From Planctomycetota bacterium (lineage in GTDB: Bacteria; Planctomycetota; B15-G4), in contig CBDFJQ010000002.1 in the NCBI GenBank assembly GCA_965248575.1, positions 1,760,001 to 1,824,000 on the forward strand: a stretch of DNA of 64,000 nt, given 5' to 3'. Of this stretch, positions 10,080-19,722 are shown piece after piece. Made by a program: the position numbers and the translations under genes. Position 1 is the first letter of the stretch, and every line of letters begins with the position of its first letter. A model generated the notes under the pieces. That model did no database searches. It worked only from the letters and a program-made list of their open reading frames with translations, and was not told the origin of the DNA.

Positions 10080-10880
10080 ATGACCCACGACCTCCTCCCC
10101 CCGGAGCTACCCATGTTCACCCGCACGTCCCATGCAGCATTGACGATTCCGAGCCTCTTCCCGGTCCGAACTCAGGTCCGAGCCCTGGCATTGGCTGTGT
10201 GCCTGCTGCCGGCGCTCTCGAACTCTGCAGTGGCTGGAGCGCCCGAAGAAACCCTGGGCGACACTCAAGCCGACAGCACCTCAACTGCTGCCTCCTCCAG
10301 CGCGACGAGTCAGGGATTCGACGTGGCTCTGGCCGCCCATGACCCGGACGCGAGCGACGAAGAGCGAGCCGCGAAGAAGGAGGCACGCAAGGCCCAGCGC
10401 GGCGAGCGCAAGGCTGAGCGCGAGACGCGCAAGGCGGAACGCAAGGAAGCCAAGGCCGAGCGCCAAGCCGAGCGCGAAGAGAAACGGGCCAAGAAGAAGA
10501 AGAAGAAGAAGTCCAAGGCCCGTGGCAAGCAAGGCAAGGCTGGCAAGAAGTCCCAACGCGAGCGCGGCTCAGACCGTGAGGGCGGCTCGGATCGAGGCCC
10601 CGGCGGAGGGCGCCGTGAAGCGGGTCGGACACGCGAGTCGCAGCGCTCCTTCGATCGTGACGGCGGCAGCCGCCCCTCACGCCGTAGCCAGGCCGGACCC
10701 AGCCGGGACGAAATGCCGCCCCGCTTTGACGGAGGCAACCGCCGCCCCATGCGCGAGTCGTTCGAGCGCGGCGGGCGCCGCAACCGTGACCGCGATCTCG
10801 GCCGCGACTCCGGCCGCGACATGGACTTCGGACGCAGGGAGCGTGAGGAGCGCCCCCGTGGAGGACGCCGCGGACGCTGA
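10080..10880 (+). CDS. Hypothetical exported, low-complexity, highly charged protein
   Basis: Signal-like segment RALALAVCLLPALSNSAVA, then a K/E/R/A helical stretch with a poly-Lys run, then an R/D/G-rich tail. High-GC3 codon pattern. An alternative start at ATG 10113 is possible. Confidence 0.65.
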   Translation: MTHDLLPPELPMFTRTSHAALTIPSLFPVRTQVRALALAVCLLPALSNSAVAGAPEETLGDTQADSTSTAASSSATSQGFDVALAAHDPDASDEERAAKKEARKAQRGERKAERETRKAERKEAKAERQAEREEKRAKKKKKKKSKARGKQGKAGKKSQRERGSDREGGSDRGPGGGRREAGRTRESQRSFDRDGGSRPSRRSQAGPSRDEMPPRFDGGNRRPMRESFERGGRRNRDRDLGRDSGRDMDFGRREREERPRGGRRGR

Positions 10881-10943
10881 AGCCCTTGCGCCCCCCTCCC
10901 CGTCCCGCCCTCTCTCCCTTTCGTTGCAGCACCGCTTCATCCG

Positions 10944-12683
10944 TTGACCGTCTCCGACTCTCCCGTTCGACCCACCCGATCCCGGAGCATTCCCTTGGCA
11001 CCCTCCCGATTTGCAGTGGCTCTGTTGAGCTTGCAGCTCTTGGCCTTCTCTCCCCTCGCCACCACCCTCAACGCACAGGGTGGCCCGCCGCCTCCTCCGC
11101 CCCTGCAAGCGCTACAACCGCCGCTGGCTCCGCCCGGCAACCCCATGACCATGGAGAAGGCCCGACTGGGCCGGGTGTTGTTCTGGGATGAGCAGTTGTC
11201 GTCCACGCGCACTGTGGCCTGCGGCACCTGTCATGTCCCCGAAGCAGCTGGCTCGGACCTGCGCACGCTGCAGGGTGTCGCGGGCATCACCCACCCCGGC
11301 TCCGACGGCCTGTTCGGCAGCGATGACGACATCACGGCCTCGCCCGGCGTCCCGCGCACGGCGGCGAACGGTCGCTACCTCGGCTCGCCCAACTTCGGCC
11401 TCGGACCGCGGGTCACGCCGCGCAAGGCGCCCTCGATCATCAATGCGGCCTATGCCCCCGAACTCATGTGGGACGGCCGGGCCAGCGGCAGCTTCGTGGA
11501 TCCCGTCGACGGCAGCGTCGTGCTGCCCCTGGGCGCCGCGCTCGAAAGCCAGGCCTTGCTGCCCATCCTCAGCGACCGGGAGATGGCGCACGTGAACCGG
11601 GACTGGCCCGAGGTCGCGGCGCGTCTTGTGGCGTCCGACCCCCTCGCCCTCAGCCCCCAGGTGGGACAGACGCTTGAGGACTGGATCGACGGGCGCTCCT
11701 ACCCAGAGTTGTTCGAGGAAGTCTTCGGCGACCCCAGCATCACGCCGGTGCGCATCGCCCAGGCCATCGCCACCTACGAGCGGCGGCTGGTCTCAGACCA
11801 GACCCCTTGGGATGCAGCCCTGGCCGGTGTTCAACCTCTCTCGCCCCTGGAACAACAGGGGCGCCAGGTCTTCGTCTCCATGAACTGCAACAGCTGCCAT
11901 CGGGGCAACCGCCTCACGGACGACGCCTTCCACAACACGGGCGTGCGGCCCAACGGTGAGGACCCCGGTCGCTTCGTGGTGACGGGCCAACCCGGTGACC
12001 GCAACCGCTTCCGCACGCCGGGCCTGCGCAACGTCGAGCTGCGTGCGCCCTACTTCCACAACGGAAGCATGGCCACGCTCGAGGACGTGCTGGAGTTCTA
12101 CGACCGAGGCGGCGATTTCAACGCCCCCAACAAGGCACCGCAAGTGGTTCCCCTGGGCATGACGCCTCAGCAGAAGACAGCCTTGCTGGCCTTCTTGCGG
12201 CGGCCGCTCACGGACCTTCGGGTGCAAAATGTCACGGCCCCCTTCAACCGGCCGCGGCTCTTCACCGAGTCCATGAATGTGCCGACCCAGTACGGCATGG
12301 CCACAGCGGGCGGCATGGGCCTCGTGCCCCAAGCCATCGCCCTCGAACCCCTGCACTGGGATCAGTCCGAGACCACCCTGGCTGTGGAGGACGCGCGTCC
12401 CGGCGCCATGGCCTTCCTGCTGCTGGACATCGCCCCGGGTGCGGGGCTGCCGCTGTTCGGCATCTCGGCGAACCTGGCCTTCACGCAGCGACTGATCGTC
12501 TTGCCCGCAATGCCCACCGGTGTGATGGGCCCGGCCCAGGGCGCGACCTCCGTGACCCTGCCTTGGGTGCTCGCGACCGAGGCGATCGGCGCGACGATCT
12601 TCGCCCAGTGGGTCGTGGTGGACCCCGGTTCGCCGGCAGGGACCTTCTCCGCCACGCGCGGCATCCGCATGCGGGTGTTCTAG
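10944..12683 (+). CDS. Dihaem cytochrome c peroxidase superfamily protein (MauG/BthA-like) with C-terminal extension
   Basis: Signal peptide, LGRVLFWDEQLS, haem motifs CGTCH and CNSCH, LMWDGRA, FRTPGLRNVELRAPYFHNG, VLEFYDRGG. Start codon uncertain. Confidence 0.88.
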   Translation: MTVSDSPVRPTRSRSIPLAPSRFAVALLSLQLLAFSPLATTLNAQGGPPPPPPLQALQPPLAPPGNPMTMEKARLGRVLFWDEQLSSTRTVACGTCHVPEAAGSDLRTLQGVAGITHPGSDGLFGSDDDITASPGVPRTAANGRYLGSPNFGLGPRVTPRKAPSIINAAYAPELMWDGRASGSFVDPVDGSVVLPLGAALESQALLPILSDREMAHVNRDWPEVAARLVASDPLALSPQVGQTLEDWIDGRSYPELFEEVFGDPSITPVRIAQAIATYERRLVSDQTPWDAALAGVQPLSPLEQQGRQVFVSMNCNSCHRGNRLTDDAFHNTGVRPNGEDPGRFVVTGQPGDRNRFRTPGLRNVELRAPYFHNGSMATLEDVLEFYDRGGDFNAPNKAPQVVPLGMTPQQKTALLAFLRRPLTDLRVQNVTAPFNRPRLFTESMNVPTQYGMATAGGMGLVPQAIALEPLHWDQSETTLAVEDARPGAMAFLLLDIAPGAGLPLFGISANLAFTQRLIVLPAMPTGVMGPAQGATSVTLPWVLATEAIGATIFAQWVVVDPGSPAGTFSATRGIRMRVF

Positions 12684-12688
12684 GCCCC

Positions 12689-13912
12689 CTACCCCGCGTA
12701 CATCGTCACCTCGGACCCAAAGGCGTCGCAGATGGCGCGGGTCGTCTGCAGGTCCGGGTGGCGCAGCATGACGTGGCCGTCGCTGAGCAGCGTCGCCTTC
12801 CAGTCCCGGCGGCGGGCGCCCACGGGCAGCATCTCCACGTGCACCACGTGCTCGCCGTAACGTTGCAGCCAACCGTCGAGACCGTGGATGGCCTGGATGT
12901 GGCCGTTGCCCCGGGCGCGCTTGAAGACCATGGCGGCGTTGTAGCGGCGGTTGACGGTCTGGCTGAAGCGGCCGTAGCAGACGGCCTCGGCCCAACCGGC
13001 GTAGCAGTCGATTTCCGCGGCGTAGTTGATGATGTCGCTTGTGCGTGCGCCCGGCGGCCGCGCGCCGATCTCGCCAAAGACCGTCTCGCCGTCCGGCTTG
13101 CGGAACCACTCCATGTGGGTGAAGCCCGCCTCGAAGCCCAAGGCGTCCAGCACCTCGAAGCCCATCTTCAATCCACCGGCGACGAAGGGGTCGTCGAGAT
13201 CCCGCAGCGCGATGGTCTGGCTGTCCATCCACTCCACGGTGCGCGCCACGAGCGGCCGCGGGCGGTACCAACACATGTTGTGGTGGAAGACGCGCCCGGC
13301 GCCGCAGATCGTGTCGAAGGTGAACTCGTCCCCGTCGATGAACTCCTCCACCGACACCTGGGGCACATGGGTCACGAGCCGGATCACCTGGTCCAGTTGC
13401 TCGGGGGAGTCCACGCGGTGCGTGTCGGCAGACCCCGCCCCATCGATAGGCTTCACGATGAGCGGGAAGCCCACCCGATCCGCCGCGGCCCAGATCTCTT
13501 CCTTGGTGCTGCAGCGGGCGTGGCGTGGCGTACGGATGCCGGCCCGGTCCAACACCTGCTTCATGATCTCTTTGTCCCGGAAGGGAATCGTCTGCTCCAC
13601 GGACATGCCAGGCACGCCCATGACCTCCCGCATGCGGGCCGCGAGCAGCATCAGCGGTTCCCAGAGCGACTCCACGAGGTCGATCTGCACGCCGTTGCGC
13701 CCCACCTCCTCGAGCACGCGCTGGATGACATCCCCCTCATCCATGATGGAGGGCACCTGCAGGTAGGCCGAGAGGGCCGCCTTGGTCTCCGGCTCGAGGG
13801 AATCCTTGGGGTGCTCGCCCACACCGAAGACATGCGCGCCGACCTCAGCGAGACCCCGCACGTAGCGGTTCATCTCGTCTGGGAAGCCGGGGGACAGGAA
13901 GAGGACGTTCAT
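12689..13912 (-). CDS. ATP-grasp domain protein (carboxylate-amine ligase-like)
   Basis: FRDKEIMK, GFPLIVKPIDGAGSADT, VEEFIDGDEF, THMEWF, EIGARPPG. Confidence 0.85.
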   Translation of the reverse strand: MNVLFLSPGFPDEMNRYVRGLAEVGAHVFGVGEHPKDSLEPETKAALSAYLQVPSIMDEGDVIQRVLEEVGRNGVQIDLVESLWEPLMLLAARMREVMGVPGMSVEQTIPFRDKEIMKQVLDRAGIRTPRHARCSTKEEIWAAADRVGFPLIVKPIDGAGSADTHRVDSPEQLDQVIRLVTHVPQVSVEEFIDGDEFTFDTICGAGRVFHHNMCWYRPRPLVARTVEWMDSQTIALRDLDDPFVAGGLKMGFEVLDALGFEAGFTHMEWFRKPDGETVFGEIGARPPGARTSDIINYAAEIDCYAGWAEAVCYGRFSQTVNRRYNAAMVFKRARGNGHIQAIHGLDGWLQRYGEHVVHVEMLPVGARRRDWKATLLSDGHVMLRHPDLQTTRAICDAFGSEVTMYAG

Positions 13913-14134
13913 GGGTTGTGGGTGATACCGGAGCCCCTGCCGAGATTCCAGCCGCGGGGCCGGGTGGCGGGCACATCAGGCAGCCAGGGGCCACTTTCGA
14001 CCCTGATCATCTGGACCCCTGTCTCCTTTCTGGGCTCCCGAGGACCGGGCCCTGCTCGGCAGCGAGACCGAGTTCGAGCTTGAGGTGCAGGACCTTCGTG
14101 TAGCCTGGACGATCGACCTGCTCCGGAGAAGCAA

Positions 14135-14947
14135 GTGAGACTTGGGATTGCCGCCGCCCTGCTCCTGTGCGCCACAAGTTCATCCCAGGCCGGCGTGACC
14201 GTGGAGGTCACCGCCACCGGGACCGTGACGTTCAAGGACTTCCTCAGCCCACCGCTGTCCTTCGTCCAGGTCGGCGAGACGGCGACCCTTACGTTCCGCA
14301 CCGACTCGGAGGCCTTCCTCGGCGACGGCCCGAGTTCGCAGCGTGCCTACGTCCTCGACGACACCTCATTCACGCTCGCCTTCGAAACGGAGTCCTTCGG
14401 TCTGGACCTCGGACACCAGATCCCCCATCTCGTCGTCCGCAACGACGACGCGCACGTCGACGGCTTCTTCCTGCGCGGCGCGGCCGGCAGCAGGGTGGGT
14501 CTGTTCCTCGATGCGATCGCTGTGTTCGGCAAGCCGCGCCTCGTGCTCGACCTGCAGACCGGTGTCTCGACGCTCGGGTCGACGAGTCTCCTGGACGCGC
14601 TCGGCACCTATGACGAGGGCGACTTCGGCAGCGCCTCCTTCCACCTGGCCGACTCTTTCTGGGTTCCCATGACCATCGCCTTCCGGGAGCTCACGATCAC
14701 TGCGGTGGGCAGCGACAGGACGGACGAAGGCGAGGCCCAGGGCGGCAGCCAGCCCGCTGATGACACGGCGCAAGCCCACGCGGCGGAGACGCCGACCCTT
14801 GCGAGCGAGGGGGATCTGTCCCCTGGCAGCGCGAACGCGCTGAGCATCAAGAAGGAGAAGCTCACCCAACCTGCAGGGTCTTCAGCCCCTAGCCCTCGCC
14901 CAAAAATGGTGACCCCAACGGGATTCGAACCCGTGTTGCCAGGATGA
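14135..14947 (+). CDS. Hypothetical secreted protein, 3' end apparently truncated and running into tRNA-Glu
   Basis: GGAG SD and GTG start; signal peptide MRLGIAAALLLCATSSSQA; beta-rich body. The stop codon lies inside the antisense tRNA. Confidence 0.7.
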   Translation: MRLGIAAALLLCATSSSQAGVTVEVTATGTVTFKDFLSPPLSFVQVGETATLTFRTDSEAFLGDGPSSQRAYVLDDTSFTLAFETESFGLDLGHQIPHLVVRNDDAHVDGFFLRGAAGSRVGLFLDAIAVFGKPRLVLDLQTGVSTLGSTSLLDALGTYDEGDFGSASFHLADSFWVPMTIAFRELTITAVGSDRTDEGEAQGGSQPADDTAQAHAAETPTLASEGDLSPGSANALSIKKEKLTQPAGSSAPSPRPKMVTPTGFEPVLPG

Positions 14948-14984
14948 AAACCTGGTGTCCTAGACCTGGCTAGACGATGGGGCC
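14907..14984 (-). tRNA. tRNA-Glu (TTC), CCA encoded
   Basis: Reverse complement GGCCCCATCGTCTAGCCAGGTCTAGGACACCAGGTTTTCATCCTGGCAACACGGGTTCGAATCCCGTTGGGGTCACCA; anticodon stem CCAGG/CCTGG with TTC; GTTCGAATC T-loop. Confidence 0.97.
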
Positions 14985-15025
14985 AACCTGCCACACGCCG
15001 GAGGGGCGCTGCGACGAAGCGGGGG

Positions 15026-15054
15026 ATCATAAGGAAAGAGCCGCTCTCGCTCAC
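15026..15054 (-). promoter_or_regulatory. Putative sigma70 promoter for tRNA-Glu
   Basis: GTGAGC-17 nt-TATGAT on the minus strand, about 40 nt upstream of the tRNA; the -35 match is weak. Confidence 0.45.
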
Positions 15055-15118
15055 CCCCCCAATACCCAGTCTGTTTCCAGTCTGTTTCTGGGGCGCCGAA
15101 TCCCTGCCTGCGGGCCCC

Positions 15119-15874
15119 TCAGACCTCGGCGATGAGCTTCGGCGCGAAGTCGATGAAGTCGCAGGCCGTGAGGTGGTAGTGGATGCCCCGGGCCTCCCCA
15201 CCCACTTCGCCGCGCCGGGCCGGGTCCAGGGAGTGCAGATGGCCGAAGACCACGTGCTCCACGCCGGCCTTCTCGAACAGGGCCGTGAGCTCGTTGGGCT
15301 CGCAGCCCGGCCCCACGGGGGGATAGTGGGTCACGGCGATGCGCAGGGGCGCCGTGCGATCCAGCTGCGCCAGCGAACGCTCCAGGCGCCCCACCTGCCG
15401 GCGGTAGATCTTGAGCGCCGCCGCCTCCTCATCCGGGCCCAGCTCGGCGGAGATGGGCTCCCCCTGCCACAGGATCAGGTCGTGGTAGCTGATGCCCGGC
15501 GCATCCCAGAGCCGGGCGCCCCCCAGCGCCACATCGCCGACCCGCACGGCATCTCCATGCACAGCGACGATCCCGGGCGGCAGCGCCGCGCGCACCTTGG
15601 CGGCGGACGCCCACCAGTAGTCGTGGTTGCCCTCCAGCAGCAGCTTCGTGCCGGGCCGCGCCGCCAACCACTCCAGGTCGGGCTTGGCCTGCTCCAGGTT
15701 CCGGGCCCAGGAGATGTCGCCGGGCACCAGCACCAGGTCGTCCGCGGCCACCGTCGCATCCCAGGCCGTGGCCATGGTGGTTGGATGGTCGACCCACTGG
15801 GGGCCGAAGCGGTCCATGGTCTTGCCGGGCGTGCCGAAGGACAGATGGGGATCAGAGAGGGCGTAGACGCGCAT
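15119..15874 (-). CDS. Calcineurin-like metallophosphoesterase
   Basis: SDPHL, PGDISWA, EGNHDYWW, THYPP, FGHLH. Confidence 0.9.
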   Translation of the reverse strand: MRVYALSDPHLSFGTPGKTMDRFGPQWVDHPTTMATAWDATVAADDLVLVPGDISWARNLEQAKPDLEWLAARPGTKLLLEGNHDYWWASAAKVRAALPPGIVAVHGDAVRVGDVALGGARLWDAPGISYHDLILWQGEPISAELGPDEEAAALKIYRRQVGRLERSLAQLDRTAPLRIAVTHYPPVGPGCEPNELTALFEKAGVEHVVFGHLHSLDPARRGEVGGEARGIHYHLTACDFIDFAPKLIAEV

Positions 15875-15976
15875 GATGGCGCGACCCTATCCGCTGAAGG
15901 CTGCCATCACCACGGCCGGCCGCCGACATGAGGGGACCCGGACGGACCCAGCGACGCCATTGCTAGAGTGCCTGCC

Positions 15977-18364
15977 ATGAGAACCTCCCCTGCGTGCGCC
16001 TCCTCCCGACTGCGAGGCCTAGCTCTTGCTTCTGTCTTCAGTACCGGCCTGAAAACCGGCCTGAGCACTCTCCTGAAGGGCGCTCTGTGCGTGGGAATGA
16101 TTCTTGGGAGCGTTTGCCTGACGGCCTGCGCCCAGAACGCCGAGCCCGGCGCCGAAGGGCAAGACGGCCACGACCACGTCGACCCCGAGAGCGGCGAGAT
16201 CGGTGAGCGCACCGGCGGTTGGCGCCTCGCCTCCGAGGCCAGCCCCTACCTGCGCCAGCACGCGGACAACACCGTGGACTGGTACGCCTGGGGGCCCGAG
16301 GCCTTCGAGCGGGCCGTGGCCGAGAACAATCCCATCTTCCTCTCCATCGGCTACAGCGCCTGCCACTGGTGCCACGTCATGGAGCACGAGTCCTTCGAAG
16401 ACGAGGCGACAGGCGCCTACCTGCGCAAGCACTTCATCAGCATCAAGGTCGACCGGGAGCAACGCCCCGACGTGGACTCCCGCTACATGACCGCCGTGCA
16501 GCAGATGACCGGCAGCGGCGGCTGGCCCCTGACGGCCTTCCTCACCCCCGAGGGAGCGCCCTTCTACGGCGGCACATACTTTCCATCCAAACCCATGCGC
16601 CAGATGCCCACCTTCCTGGACGTGCTCGAGTGGGTGAACAGCATCTGGACCGACGACCAGCAGAACGTGCGCGAACTGGCCCAGAAGAACCACCGCGGCC
16701 TGCAGCGGGACATCTTCCCCCAGCCGAAGGAGTGGGACGCGCGCGGACTGCTAACGGACGCCAGCGCCGCCATGATCGACGGCCTCGACCCCATCTACGG
16801 CGGCATGCGCAGCACGCGCCCGCAGCGTTTCCCGCCCAGCATGCTGCTGCGTTTCCTGTTCAGGCAGCAGTTGCGCGGCGGCGAGCTGAACCTCAGCCGC
16901 GCCTACCTGACCCTCGACATGATGGCGTCGGGCGGCATGCGCGACCACGTGGGCGGCGGCTTCCATCGCTACAGCGTCGACCCGCAGTGGAAGGTGCCGC
17001 ACTTCGAGAAGATGCTCTACGACAACGGCGTGCTCGCGGCCACCTATGCCGAGGCCTACGCCCTCTCGGGCCGGGAGTTCTACGGCGACGTGGCGCGTGA
17101 CACCTTGCAGTGGCTCATGCGCGACATGCGCAGCCCGGAGGGGCTCTATTACTCCGCCCGGGATGCTGACAGCCTGCCCTTCGGCCAGGATGGGCAGGCC
17201 CTGCCCGGCGTGCACCCCGAAGAAGGCGACGTCTACACCTGGACGCTGCCCGAACTGAAGGCCGCCCTGGGTGACACCGACGGGCTGCTCTTCGCGAAGG
17301 TCTTCGACATCCGCAAGAGCGATCGCGGCAACTTCGAACGCGGCCGCAGCATCCCCATGCCGCTCAAGGCCTTGGACAAGCTGGCACAGGCCCCGGGCGA
17401 TGCCCTGCCCCAGGGGGCGGCCTTCTTAACCTGGGTGCGCTCCGCCTACGACCGGCTGCTGGTGGTGCGTGACCGTCGCCCCCAGGCCTTCCGGGATGAG
17501 AAGAGCCTCTCGGCCTGGAACGGCCTGGCGCTCACGGGTTTCGCGGTGAGCGCGCGCCTGCTGGACGAGGACACCCTGCGCGCCGAGTCCGACTCCCTGG
17601 CACGCGCCTTGCGCGACACCCTGTTGCGCGAGGACGAGGCGGGCGAGCTCTGGGTGGACCACCAGTGGTTCGAGGGCCAGGCCTCCGGGGACGGCGTGCT
17701 CACGGACTACGCCTACTGCGCACGGGGTTTTCTCGACGCCTACCACGCCAGCGGCAACACCGACTGGCTGGTGGTTTCCTACCGCCTGGCGCAGCGCATG
17801 CTCGACCTGTTCGAGGACGAGCACCAGGGCGGTCTGTTCGAGACGCTCGGCAATGATCCGTTGTTGCCAGGCCGCACCCGCGAGCTCACCGACGGTGCGC
17901 GGGCGTCAGGACACAGCGTGGCCCTGCACCATCTGCTGCGCATGGCGCCGCTGGATGACTCGGGGCGCTTCGCCGCCGCCGTCGAACGGGCCATCAACAG
18001 CGTCGGGCCGCTCGCCGGCCGCAGCCCGCAGAGCTTCACCAGCGCGCTCACGGCCGTGGATGCCTGGCTGGGTCCACTGACCGAAGTGGTCGTGCACGTT
18101 GCGAACGACTCCACCGCTGGCGCTGCGCTGCAGCAAACGGCCCGCCACAGCTTCCTTCCCGCTGAGCTCTTCGTCCCCGATGCACATCGAGCGAGCGAAG
18201 CCTTGCTGGCGGACGTGCTCGACGAAGAACCCTTGTTGCTGGCAGGCCGACGCGCTGAAAGCGGCGAGGCGAAAGCCTGGGTCTGCAAATCCGGCGTCTG
18301 CCTGCTGCCGGTCAGCTCGGCAGAAGAGCTTGAACAACAGCTGCTCTCCGTGAGCCGACGCTAG
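15977..18364 (+). CDS. yyaL: Thioredoxin-domain/six-hairpin protein YyaL (SSP411, DUF255), with possible lipoprotein signal
   Basis: [86 protein letters not shown] lipobox-like motif upstream. Confidence 0.9.
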   Translation: MRTSPACASSRLRGLALASVFSTGLKTGLSTLLKGALCVGMILGSVCLTACAQNAEPGAEGQDGHDHVDPESGEIGERTGGWRLASEASPYLRQHADNTVDWYAWGPEAFERAVAENNPIFLSIGYSACHWCHVMEHESFEDEATGAYLRKHFISIKVDREQRPDVDSRYMTAVQQMTGSGGWPLTAFLTPEGAPFYGGTYFPSKPMRQMPTFLDVLEWVNSIWTDDQQNVRELAQKNHRGLQRDIFPQPKEWDARGLLTDASAAMIDGLDPIYGGMRSTRPQRFPPSMLLRFLFRQQLRGGELNLSRAYLTLDMMASGGMRDHVGGGFHRYSVDPQWKVPHFEKMLYDNGVLAATYAEAYALSGREFYGDVARDTLQWLMRDMRSPEGLYYSARDADSLPFGQDGQALPGVHPEEGDVYTWTLPELKAALGDTDGLLFAKVFDIRKSDRGNFERGRSIPMPLKALDKLAQAPGDALPQGAAFLTWVRSAYDRLLVVRDRRPQAFRDEKSLSAWNGLALTGFAVSARLLDEDTLRAESDSLARALRDTLLREDEAGELWVDHQWFEGQASGDGVLTDYAYCARGFLDAYHASGNTDWLVVSYRLAQRMLDLFEDEHQGGLFETLGNDPLLPGRTRELTDGARASGHSVALHHLLRMAPLDDSGRFAAAVERAINSVGPLAGRSPQSFTSALTAVDAWLGPLTEVVVHVANDSTAGAALQQTARHSFLPAELFVPDAHRASEALLADVLDEEPLLLAGRRAESGEAKAWVCKSGVCLLPVSSAEELEQQLLSVSRR

Positions 18365-18385
18365 CAGGCAGCCCCGCAGCCCGCC

Positions 18386-18907
18386 CTAGTTGGGGATCAG
18401 CACACCGTCCAGGTACAGCGGGCCGATGTAGTTGCGCACCACCACGCGCTCGTTCTCGAAGAACACCACGCCGCCCGTGAGACCCACCACGCCGGACTGG
18501 GAGCGGTTGTTGGCCTTCTTGCCGTTGCGACCACCGCCGAAATCACTGTTGTTGTTGCCCTTGGCCCAGTCCATGAGGCACTCGCCGGACAGCCGCAACT
18601 CGGCAGCTCCGCCGAAGTCGTTGTAGAGCGAGGGGTAGATGTCGACGCCGACGTTCGTGGTCTTGGACGCGTTGGCCTGAGTGTTGGCCGCCAGCATGTC
18701 TTTCACCACGAAGGTGCAGCCCGGCGGCACGACGTAGAGCTCCTTCGCCAGGGTGTCCACGTCCACCTGGATCGAGACCTGGTTGGCGTTCGCCACGCTC
18801 AGCGCGGGCGCTGGCAAGGTCGTGCGGGCGCCGAGGTCAAAGGCCAGGACGAGCCCCAGCACGACGGCCACCAGGGGCCAGGGGTTGGAACGAATGCGTG
18901 CCGTCAT
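18386..18907 (-). CDS. Hypothetical secreted/membrane-anchored small beta protein
   Basis: GAGGAG SD before ATG 18907; hydrophobic N-terminus WPLVAVVLGLVLAF; high-GC3 codons. Confidence 0.7.
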   Translation of the reverse strand: MTARIRSNPWPLVAVVLGLVLAFDLGARTTLPAPALSVANANQVSIQVDVDTLAKELYVVPPGCTFVVKDMLAANTQANASKTTNVGVDIYPSLYNDFGGAAELRLSGECLMDWAKGNNNSDFGGGRNGKKANNRSQSGVVGLTGGVVFFENERVVVRNYIGPLYLDGVLIPN

Positions 18908-19129
18908 GGCAGGTCTCCTCTTCTCTCGGTGCGGCTGTGAAAGGCCACTGGGCGCTCGCCTTGGAGGCTCCAGGACCAAGGCAGTTTACCCCCGGATGCG
19001 ACGCGATTCAGGCCCGCCCTGCCAGCGCCCCGCTGCTGGCCCCCCGCAGCCCCCCCTGGTCGCTGCCCACGATCTGGACGCCAGCGCTGACTCTGTCCAG
19101 GATCGAGACGTACTCAGGGCTGTGTCCTG

Positions 19130-19722
19130 CCGTCTTGGGCCCTCAGAGCATCCTACGGCGCTTTCAAGGCCCAACGGCGCCCGTCGATTGGCACGGCCGT
19201 TGCTCTATGACTGAGGGGCGCTGTGTGAAAGTCATGGGCCTCCTGGCTGACGGCAAACTGCACACCTCCCGCATCAAGCTGTACGCAGCCCAGCAGAGCC
19301 GCACGCCGGAGCTCCGTGGCCTCCTGACCCGGGTCGAGCCCGAGCCCGACGGGCGCGTGTGGATTGGAGGCGTCCCGTTCCGCACGAGCCCCTCCACCAG
19401 CTTCAAGGGCGACGCGCTGCGCCCCGTGATGAGCCGCGCGGAGGTCCGTTCCATCCTGAGAGACGGAGCCTTGGCTGCATCCCGCCAGGGCATCCAGGTG
19501 AAATGGGAGCTGTTCGACCTGGAGCAGGATCCCTCCGAAACCTCCCCCATGGAATCGGTCCACGAGTTGGACCGGGCTTCAGCTGAACTTCGGGAGCTCT
19601 CCCGGCGGCTCGATCTCGCCGCCCAGGCGGCGGAGAGGGATGCTCACTGGGCAGAGCGTGGGTCCGGGCTCCTGGACAAGGACCTCCTGGATCAGCTCCG
19701 CGCTCTCGGCTACGTGCGCTAA
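19130..19722 (+). pseudogene. Probable 3' remnant of a sulfatase-like gene with a DUF5666-like insert
   Basis: Ends KWELFDLEQDPSE...LLDQLRALGYVR like the intact sulfatase-fold genes in the window, but lacks the whole catalytic domain. G..VKV.G....G.L....I and IGGVPFRTSPSTSFKG resemble DUF5666. 5' boundary uncertain. Confidence 0.5.

Noticed and set aside
10360..10520. AAG/GAGCGC-type repeats as a DNA repeat array or RiPP precursor
   Set aside because: They are explained by low-complexity Lys/Glu/Arg coding, and no graspetide-like core motifs are present.
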